DNA from: a virus
DNA: 64,000 nucleotides
IMG/VR virus record: IMGVR_UViG_3300042301_002266
Location: 21,826-85,825 of that record
Direction: 5' to 3' (one strand)
Part shown: in pieces, positions 57,640 to 64,000 of the stretch
How the letters are laid out: each line of letters starts with the position of its first letter
Position numbering within the stretch: the first letter of the stretch is position 1
Translations under genes and position numbers: made by a program
Notes under the pieces: model-generated
Told to the model about the DNA's origin: nothing
The model's database searches: none
What the model saw: the letters and a program-made list of their open reading frames with translations, nothing else

Positions 57640-59595
57640 TTGAAAAAGATTTTTTCATACATACTATTGATGCCAATTTTAGCATCACTTACAACGCTAT
57701 TAGTATTACCTGCAAATGCAGTTATACAAGAGCAGCCATGTAATACATACTCATGGTCTGGTGAAGATGACACTGCCCATCAAATGATTTTAACAAATCC
57801 CCTAACTCTTGGGGATACAACATATAATACTACATATGTAACTACTAATGGAACACTTACCTTTGGCACTCCAGATGCTAACTTTAGTTCATACCCAAAC
57901 ACTCCGTCTATTTCTCTAGCAGGATATGACTGGGTAACATTTGGTGAAGGGGCTAGTCTAAGTTATGGCTCTACAAGTACAGGATTTTGTGTTGAATGGA
58001 GAGTAAGACCATTCCCACAAAGCACTGGTGATCTTACAATTATTAAACTAACTGTTGATACTTCAAAGCTACCCTCATGGTCTGGTATTATTGAAACTAC
58101 TGGTTGGCTTCCAACAGATCTTAGAAGAGGAATCAGGTTCGCACCTGGACAAGATGTGGTTACTATATCAGAAGCTTTTTCAATTAATGGTGGGGTTCCA
58201 GTAGAGATGCAAACCTGTTGGGATGGATCTATTATTCCTCTTTCATCAACTTGTCCTGCAGAACCACCACCAGGTCAGTGCTGGGATGGCTCAACTATTC
58301 CTTGGAATGGAACCTGTCCCCCAATACCTCCAGACACACAATGTTGGGATGGGTCTTGGGTAACTTGGAGTCAAACTTGTCCACCTCAACCGCCCCCAGT
58401 AACTTGTTGGGACGGTTCAGTAATTCCCCATAATCAAACCTGTCCACCAACTCCTCCAGATATTACCTGTTGGAATGGAGAGGTAATTAGTTGGAATGAG
58501 ACCTGTCCACAAATGCCACCTATGGTTGAATGTTGGGATGGTTCAGAAGTTAACTGGAATGAACAATGTCCACCAGAACCACCGCCAACCATTGTTTATC
58601 CAGAGGGTGCAGTATATATTACAGTTGACGAAAACGGTCAGATTGATTATTCTGCCCCTACTGGTATGAAAATTAATCAAATATTATTTGCATCATACGG
58701 TACACCTGAAAACTATCAATATGGTTCATGTCATTCTAATAATTCTTTAAGCTTAGTACAGGCTGCAATTAACAATAACCAAATTGTTATTGATACCAAC
58801 AATGATGTCTTTGGAGATCCTTGTGGTGGAACTGGAAAACGTCTTTCTATAGTTATTACTATTGAAGTTGACCCAACTTATGTTGCTCCAAGTCCTACTC
58901 CTACTGCCAGCCCTGAACCACAGCCAACAGTATCACCAGAGCCAACAGTAACACCGTCACCCCAGCCAACAGAGCCAAGCCCAGAGCCAACGCCAACTTC
59001 TGAGCCAACCTTAGAACCTTCACCAACTTCAACACCTACACCTACTCCAAGTCCTTCAAAATCTGAATCAGTGGCTCCAGTACCTCAGCCAACTCCAAGT
59101 CAATCTCCTGAGCCAGAGCCTTCAAGTCCATCAGAACCAACTCCAGATCCAACTGTGAGTCCAACTCCAGATCCAAGTCCTTCATCCACTGATCTTCCAT
59201 CTGATAATAATATCACAGATGGCTTGACCGCAGAAGAAGCAATAGCACTAGAAGAATTGCTTACAGAGTATGGTCCAACGGATCCAATATCCTTTGAATC
59301 CTTTGAAGAATCGGGTCTTGACTATGAAAATTTGCCACCAGATCAGCCAGTTATGTTAGAGAATGGAGTTATTCTTACAGCAGAAGTTGCAGATGCAATT
59401 GAAATATTTGAAAATCCATCAGAATTACTACTAACAGTCTTTACTGATCCAGGTAAGGCATTAAAAGCTTTTGCTAATGTTGGTGCAGATATGACACCAG
59501 AACAACGCAAAGAAACACAAGCAGTAGTTGTTGCGTCCATTATTGTTGGACAATTAATAGCATCAACTAACTTAATTACAGGGAGGATAAGATAA
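57640..59595 (+). CDS. secreted/surface protein: signal peptide, NIDO-like region, six CWDGS repeats, SUEL-type lectin domain, Pro/Thr linker, C-terminal hydrophobic segment
   Basis: ANA-V signal; YVTTNGTLTFG; ASYG...CHS...N.VFGDPC.GT.KRL; (PT/PS/PE)n linker. Confidence 0.75.
   Translation: MKKIFSYILLMPILASLTTLLVLPANAVIQEQPCNTYSWSGEDDTAHQMILTNPLTLGDTTYNTTYVTTNGTLTFGTPDANFSSYPNTPSISLAGYDWVTFGEGASLSYGSTSTGFCVEWRVRPFPQSTGDLTIIKLTVDTSKLPSWSGIIETTGWLPTDLRRGIRFAPGQDVVTISEAFSINGGVPVEMQTCWDGSIIPLSSTCPAEPPPGQCWDGSTIPWNGTCPPIPPDTQCWDGSWVTWSQTCPPQPPPVTCWDGSVIPHNQTCPPTPPDITCWNGEVISWNETCPQMPPMVECWDGSEVNWNEQCPPEPPPTIVYPEGAVYITVDENGQIDYSAPTGMKINQILFASYGTPENYQYGSCHSNNSLSLVQAAINNNQIVIDTNNDVFGDPCGGTGKRLSIVITIEVDPTYVAPSPTPTASPEPQPTVSPEPTVTPSPQPTEPSPEPTPTSEPTLEPSPTSTPTPTPSPSKSESVAPVPQPTPSQSPEPEPSSPSEPTPDPTVSPTPDPSPSSTDLPSDNNITDGLTAEEAIALEELLTEYGPTDPISFESFEESGLDYENLPPDQPVMLENGVILTAEVADAIEIFENPSELLLTVFTDPGKALKAFANVGADMTPEQRKETQAVVVASIIVGQLIASTNLITGRIR
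58213..58590 (+). repeat. six tandem 63-nt coding repeats (xCWDGS-x7-CP-x2-PP)
   Basis: Visible at DNA (tgttgggatgg) and protein level. Confidence 0.9.
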
Positions 59596-59786
59596 TGAAG
59601 AAATGGTTAACAGATAAGTTTCGTGAAACACTAAACCAAACATTCACCCTTCTTGGTATGTTCGTAGCATGGGCAGTCCTTGACGGGTCTGCTAAAACAG
59701 TAGTAGGGTGGGCAGTTTTAATTTGCACAGCAGTATGGTTGTTTTCAATGAAATTCAGGGAAGGAGAAGAAGATGGCAAAGAATAA
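59595..59786 (+). CDS. small two-TM membrane protein
   Basis: TAATG-coupled; two hydrophobic segments. Confidence 0.7.
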   Translation: MKKWLTDKFRETLNQTFTLLGMFVAWAVLDGSAKTVVGWAVLICTAVWLFSMKFREGEEDGKE

Positions 59787-60084
59787 AGTAGACGTTACAG
59801 TTAAAGACCCTGAAACAGGGGAAGAAGTAATTGGTTCTGCTGCAGCTACAAATGTCTGGAATATATTTTTCAGAATTGTTGCAGTATTTGCAGCATCGGG
59901 ACTATCAATTATTGGTGCAGGTTCCCTTGTTGGAATTGACACACTAACTGCTGTTATTATGGCAGGTACTCTTGGTGTTGCTACAGTTGTTGAGAAGCTT
60001 GCAAGAGCATTCCTTGATGATGGTAAGCTAAGTGCTAGTGAAATCAATTCAGCCTTTAGTTCAGTAGACAAAAAAGCAGAATAG
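59773..60084 (+). CDS. membrane protein (holin-like) with DDGKLS..EI motif
   Basis: Two TM segments; AAGGAG RBS. Confidence 0.65.
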   Translation: MAKNKVDVTVKDPETGEEVIGSAAATNVWNIFFRIVAVFAASGLSIIGAGSLVGIDTLTAVIMAGTLGVATVVEKLARAFLDDGKLSASEINSAFSSVDKKAE

Positions 60085-60103
60085 TATATAATAAAACTAA
60101 GTT

Positions 60104-60141
60104 AGACCAGAGTGATTTTCACGACTACTCTGGTCTTTCTT
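60104..60141. terminator. hairpin at the convergence of the two transcription directions
   Basis: AGACCAGAGT...ACTCTGGTCT followed by TTCTT. Confidence 0.7.
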
Positions 60142-60361
60142 ATTCTTCTTCATTATATTTTGCTTCTCCATTAATATAGTTTTTCATTAGTGTTGCAGTT
60201 GCCAGTGCTTCATAACACAATGCAGCACTTCTAATATTTGGAGATTCACTATCCATAGTCTTTTGAATATGTTTAATTTCAGAATCAATAAATTGATTTA
60301 AAAATACAATAAATAGCTCTTTGTCTTTAGATTGCTGAACCAAATTAATAGCATTATTCAT
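60140..60361 (-). CDS. hypothetical protein
   Basis: AAAGG RBS; 73 aa. Confidence 0.6.
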   Translation of the reverse strand: MNNAINLVQQSKDKELFIVFLNQFIDSEIKHIQKTMDSESPNIRSAALCYEALATATLMKNYINGEAKYNEEE

Positions 60362-60381
60362 TTAATTACCTTTCTAGTAAT

Positions 60382-60900
60382 TTATATAACAAGAGTATCT
60401 ATTGGACCCTTGCACGATGGAGACAGTTCTATAGCAGCACTAACTGCTGTGATAGCTCTCTTTTCAGGAGACTTCCATGATGCGGTAGTGTATAAAGAAC
60501 CTAAGGCAATAGATGATCCAGATCCAATAGACATATAATCACATCTGATTACCTGCCAATCTGAGGTATCAACAGCAAACAATAAACCATTTACACCAAT
60601 TAGTAGTGATGCGTGAGCAGAATCTTTTAAATCCACCCCAGACTCGTTCAGAGCCTTTCTAAGGGCAGAAACGAAGGTAGTCCTCATGAATTTATCAAGG
60701 TTTCTGTTAGGAGGCGTAGGGAGCGTTAAATATTGTACCAATTGACCAGTGCCAGGTGAGTCAGAGTATCCAATTAGATACGGTCCATTTAGGGCAATCT
60801 TAGGTACACTCATAGAGGTAATAATATCATCATCTGAGATACCTCTATCTGCACACATATAGACATTATCACCATCTGCAATTGCTACAATACAGGTCAT
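60382..60900 (-). CDS. HslV/proteasome-beta-like Ntn peptidase
   Basis: N-terminal M-T-C-I-V, ADR, K, SIGSGS.IALG.L, AAI. Confidence 0.75.
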   Translation of the reverse strand: MTCIVAIADGDNVYMCADRGISDDDIITSMSVPKIALNGPYLIGYSDSPGTGQLVQYLTLPTPPNRNLDKFMRTTFVSALRKALNESGVDLKDSAHASLLIGVNGLLFAVDTSDWQVIRCDYMSIGSGSSIALGSLYTTASWKSPEKRAITAVSAAIELSPSCKGPIDTLVI

Positions 60901-61241
60901 TCTTCTATTCTCCCATAATCATCTTCTAGTCTTACGATATCATCTTCGCCAAGGTAGTCACCAATTTGAACCTCAATGATAACAACTCTATCGCCAGGTG
61001 CAGAGATTCTATGTACTTCATTCTTCTCTACAATAACTACAGTTCCTGGACTACCTACAAACTTTTCATCTTCTACTTCAATTAGGGGAGTACCTTCAAT
61101 GACAAACCAAATCTCCCTACGATGTTCATGCTTTTGCAATGATAATCTAGAGTTAGGATTTACTACAATCTGTTTAGTTTGTAAATCATTCTTTGCACCA
61201 ATTACGGTATAGCTTCCCCAAGGACGGTCAACCTGTTCCAT
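60897..61241 (-). CDS. cupin protein, type II mannose-6-phosphate isomerase-like
   Basis: RPWGSY, LSLQKHEHRREIW, HRI, IEVQ.G.YLGEDDIVRLEDDYGR. Confidence 0.9.
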   Translation of the reverse strand: MEQVDRPWGSYTVIGAKNDLQTKQIVVNPNSRLSLQKHEHRREIWFVIEGTPLIEVEDEKFVGSPGTVVIVEKNEVHRISAPGDRVVIIEVQIGDYLGEDDIVRLEDDYGRIEE

Positions 61242-61252
61242 TACATACTCTC

Positions 61253-61471
61253 CTAATGTTCAATTCCGTGTTCAATATCAATCTCTTTATGGATATCTCT
61301 GCGAAGCTTAGGCAATAAAATCTTTTTAAATACAATTCCATAAAGCACTCCAATAATCAATAGGTCTTGAATTATTGTCCAACCTAGTTCAGCCATGATA
61401 TGTGCTGGATCAGTAAAGATTGACCAAGCCTCTTGAAGCACACTCATTTCTTCGTGATGTTCGTGTTCCAT
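61253..61471 (-). CDS. small His-rich membrane protein
   Basis: One TM segment; HEHHEE N-terminus and H..IDIEHG.EH C-terminus. Confidence 0.65.
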   Translation of the reverse strand: MEHEHHEEMSVLQEAWSIFTDPAHIMAELGWTIIQDLLIIGVLYGIVFKKILLPKLRRDIHKEIDIEHGIEH

Positions 61472-61662
61472 TACTTATTCTCCTCATAATCTTTAATATC
61501 AAATACTCTATCTCTAGTAACTATCTTTGCCTTATCATACTTTAAGGTCTTAAACATTGTCTTAAACATTTTTTTGTCAGCATTGTTATTAACTACAACA
61601 ATACATGATTCCTTACCCTTTGCTATATGTTGAGCAAATCTATATGCTTTTCCTGGTCCCAT
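61471..61662 (-). CDS. hypothetical protein
   Basis: TAATG-coupled. Confidence 0.6.
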   Translation of the reverse strand: MGPGKAYRFAQHIAKGKESCIVVVNNNADKKMFKTMFKTLKYDKAKIVTRDRVFDIKDYEENK

Positions 61663-61793
61663 TATTTCTTACCCCTTTCAGGTACGTCTTTTAAGAAGCA
61701 TTTATCACACAATGCTCTACCATTTGTCTTTGATTCAAACCAAATATTTAACTTTTTAACATTACAATCACTGCAGGTCATTTGATACGTCAT
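61662..61793 (-). CDS. small Zn-finger protein (43 aa)
   Basis: CSDC...LCDKC; coupled. Confidence 0.55.
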   Translation of the reverse strand: MTYQMTCSDCNVKKLNIWFESKTNGRALCDKCFLKDVPERGKK

Positions 61794-61911
61794 TTCTATT
61801 AGATTTAACTAATGTCCATAGTGCTGCTAATAGCACAACAACTAATAAGATTGGTAAAACAAATAAGAATACCATAAACAGAGTGAAGCACAATACAAAT
61901 AGGAACTCCAC
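61768..61911 (-). CDS. very hydrophobic small membrane protein (47 aa)
   Basis: GTG start overlapping the upstream TAG; MEFLFVLCFTLFMVFLFVLPILLVVVLLAALW... Confidence 0.5.
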   Translation of the reverse strand: MEFLFVLCFTLFMVFLFVLPILLVVVLLAALWTLVKSNRNDVSNDLQ

Positions 61912-62096
61912 TATGCATCTTCCTTCAAAAATACGGGTGGAATGATCATAAACTCGTTACTCTCAACACTATTCCACTTATTAATAGCACCTACAAGAAA
62001 CTCCCTTTTCTGTTGGAGGGTAAATGGCTGACCTGATACCTCTTCTTGTTTAGCTATAACATCTTTGATAACATCTATCATATTGTTTACATTCAT
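61911..62096 (-). CDS. hypothetical protein
   Basis: TAATG-coupled start at MNVNNMID. Confidence 0.55.
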   Translation of the reverse strand: MNVNNMIDVIKDVIAKQEEVSGQPFTLQQKREFLVGAINKWNSVESNEFMIIPPVFLKEDA

Positions 62097-62428
62097 TACT
62101 GTCCTTCGGCGTTTCGGCGAAATGGAGAACCACAATCACATTCAAGTGCATTTGATGGCTGTCCCATCATAGTTGCACACCACGGTGAATGACTTGTATT
62201 ACTTTCCCACTGGCTTAAATCTTCATCTTCAAAGAGTGCTTTAATAGCATCTAAACTAATAGGTGATAATTCAATACGGGAGGGGTGGTGATAAAAGGCA
62301 TCTCTGTACTTTGCCTCATAATAGTCATTAAGAATGAATAGGGTATTATATTCACCATGTTGTTGGAAGATTGTATCCAATGCTTCTAATGCTTCATTTA
62401 GGATATTTGTATCACAATTAACGCACAT
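62096..62428 (-). CDS. hypothetical protein with Cys/His motifs
   Basis: CVNC; H..WC...CDC. Confidence 0.6.
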   Translation of the reverse strand: MCVNCDTNILNEALEALDTIFQQHGEYNTLFILNDYYEAKYRDAFYHHPSRIELSPISLDAIKALFEDEDLSQWESNTSHSPWCATMMGQPSNALECDCGSPFRRNAEGQ

Positions 62429-62588
62429 AAGACTTACCTTTACTTTCTACTTTTTTGGGTTTGATATGGCTGTCCATATAGTACATGTAGTACTTGACAA
62501 AGAGTTCTTCATATTCTTTATCAGTCATGTCTGGGTTATCTTCTAACTCAACAGCCATAGCTTCTTTGATCTTTGCTACTAAACTCAT
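62418..62588 (-). CDS. hypothetical protein
   Basis: ATGA-coupled start at MSLVAKIK. Confidence 0.55.
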   Translation of the reverse strand: MSLVAKIKEAMAVELEDNPDMTDKEYEELFVKYYMYYMDSHIKPKKVESKGKSYVR

Positions 62589-62731
62589 GTGTTTATACAT
62601 CCATATTCTATTACGCATTTATTAGGAATTAATTTTTCGGGGGTAGAAGGAATATCCCTTAATGACATATACATAGTAAAGATAAAGAACAATACATATA
62701 TACATATAGCCAAGAGAGCATATTTCTTCAC
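62585..62731 (-). CDS. small membrane/secreted protein (48 aa, leaderless GTG)
   Basis: MKKYALLAICIYVLFFIF...; GTG 6 nt after the -10. Confidence 0.5.
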   Translation of the reverse strand: MKKYALLAICIYVLFFIFTMYMSLRDIPSTPEKLIPNKCVIEYGCINT

Positions 62732-62737
62732 TTGACA

Positions 62738-62766
62738 ATGATATCAACAATTTATCCAGAAGTCAA
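62738..62766 (-). promoter_or_regulatory. sigma70-type promoter of the minus-strand operon
   Basis: TTGACT-17-TATCAT with extended TG. Confidence 0.7.
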
Positions 62767-62799
62767 TGCCTATTGGTGTTAACTTCCGTCCCTTTTGTC

Positions 62800-63552
62800 T
62801 AGTTGCATAATACACAACAATATATGAATAAAATATGCATAAAGTGTTGCGTAATACACAACAATTATTGGTAATACACATGTCTATTTGAATATAACAC
62901 TATTGATATTATATATTGATTTTATATGTGTAATTGTGACATTGTTACATAATCGTAATCTAATTTACCTTGACATGATATTTCCCTTTATTTGCAGTGA
63001 TTTTTACCTCTGGTTCGTAATATATTTGCTCCATAATCTGCTAAAATAATGATACATTTCTTGCATAAAACATGCATAAACTATGTATAAATGAATAGAA
63101 AATGCATAAAAGTAATTGAATTTTGAACTATTTTTAAACATATTTATCCAGGCTTAACTGTGGGGTATGCATAATACATATAGCTACATCTCTTACAGTC
63201 TATATATGTATATTGGGTATATGGACAATCAGATACCCGTCCCATTGTATGTCCTAATATATGACAAACTAATTTATTAAACATTGTGTCAAACTTCCTG
63301 TGATTTTTTTGATTCGTTCGTAATGTATTTTTTTCAAATTTATTTCTCGGGGGTAGTCAGAAGCTTTCTAATAGCTTCCTCTATATATCTAATAGGAACA
63401 TCATATATACCTACTAGCTTATACTTATCTAAGACTTCAAGGCATTCCATAATACCATCTTCATATGTTTTTGTCAAGATTTTCTCCAAATTCCTGTGAT
63501 TTATTTCATTGGTTCGTAATATGTGATTTTAAATTATTTACTCGGGCTAGTC
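62800..63552. repeat. AT-rich region with dispersed direct repeats
   Basis: GTGA-N13/14-TCGTAAT x4, TAATACACA x3, TGCATAA x6 or more, and two degenerate copies of about 65-70 bp. Confidence 0.75.
63340..63477 (-). CDS. small hypothetical protein (45 aa) between two repeat copies
   Basis: GGAG RBS, TTG start; MTKTYEDGIMECLEVLDKYK...TTPEK*. Confidence 0.5.
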   Translation of the reverse strand: MTKTYEDGIMECLEVLDKYKLVGIYDVPIRYIEEAIRKLLTTPEK

Positions 63553-63589
63553 CCCCACACCTAGACAGGGGAGGTATCTAGGTATGGGG
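63553..63589 (-). terminator. hairpin downstream of 63598..63783
   Basis: CCCCATACCTAGA...TCTAGGTGTGGGG on the minus strand (one G-U pair). Confidence 0.55.
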
Positions 63590-63597
63590 AAGTCTAA

Positions 63598-63783
63598 TTA
63601 ACTTATCAAAGATAAGTATGCTTCACTAGCCACATTCTTTTCAAAGTTTGGCATAAGCATTAAGCCCTTAGAGGCAAGCATATCCAAAATGTTTAGGGTA
63701 TTGATTTCATACCCATTGTCAATAAACTCATCTGCAAGATCATTAGCAAAGATTACTTGTAGGCTTGGATCATTCTTATTCAA
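63598..63783 (-). CDS. hypothetical protein
   Basis: TTG start with GAGG RBS. Confidence 0.6.
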   Translation of the reverse strand: MNKNDPSLQVIFANDLADEFIDNGYEINTLNILDMLASKGLMLMPNFEKNVASEAYLSLIS

Positions 63784-64000
63784 CTGATACCTCTGCCTTC
63801 TTCTTTGGGGCTGCCTTCTTCTTGGCTACGGGTTTTTCAACCTCTATCTTTTCTAGTTCAACTGGGAAATCAAAGATAGCATTTAGTACCTTGTATGATT
63901 CCTCAATCCAACCTCTTGCTTCATCAGATTTGATTTCTACATCTCCACCGAGAACTGCTAGAGCAATAGCACCTGCAAGGTCTTGGGAATCAAAAATCTT
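63776..64000 (-). CDS. hypothetical protein, 3' part (truncated by the window) with AKKKAAPKKKA tail
   Basis: Frame is open from 64000 to the TAA at 63776. Confidence 0.6.
   Translation of the reverse strand, partial: KIFDSQDLAGAIALAVLGGDVEIKSDEARGWIEESYKVLNAIFDFPVELEKIEVEKPVAKKKAAPKKKAEVSVE

Noticed and set aside
58885-59200. Tandem DNA repeat or mobile element
   Set aside because: Explained by the Pro/Thr/Ser/Glu-rich linker codons.
1126-60071. Numerous 60-140 aa minus-strand and alternate-frame ORFs in the ORF track
   Set aside because: They lie within long, well-supported plus-strand genes and have no RBS or motifs, so they are treated as shadow ORFs.
63284-63499. Plus-strand 71-aa ORF
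   Set aside because: It runs antisense to the local gene direction, crosses the repeats and has no RBS. The minus-strand 45-aa ORF is better supported.
62800-63552. CRISPR array
   Set aside because: The repeats are degenerate and irregularly spaced, without uniform spacers.

Overview
A 64-kb, AT-rich (roughly 35-37% GC by eye), gene-dense segment of a large tailed phage. A phage WhiB, an actinobacterial-type Zn-finger protein and many apparently leaderless promoters point to an actinobacterial host. The gene content (DnaE, RecA, DnaB, primase, Cas4-like nuclease, RuvC, terminase detached from the head genes, tRNAs) resembles large siphovirus-type actinophages. Left to right: end of the tape measure and tail tip/fibre module (1-15.4 kb); HNH and phosphoesterase; replication/recombination module (16.7-28.7 kb); glycosyltransferase and terminase; two tRNA clusters (Tyr, Asn, Arg-UCU; CAU, Thr) with lysis-type genes and two candidate structured RNAs; a second fibre island (39.8-52.8 kb) with a triplet of His-x-His tail-collar paralogs followed by two DUF6065-like proteins; whiB; a glycosyltransferase/methyltransferase/epimerase/IMPDH-like operon; a secreted CWDGS-repeat/SUEL-lectin protein with two membrane partners; a strand switch at about 60.1 kb into small minus-strand genes; and an AT-rich, repeat-containing intergenic region (62.8-63.55 kb). 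No CRISPR array, integrase, rRNA or reverse transcriptase was seen. All product calls come from motif recognition by eye, not from database searches.
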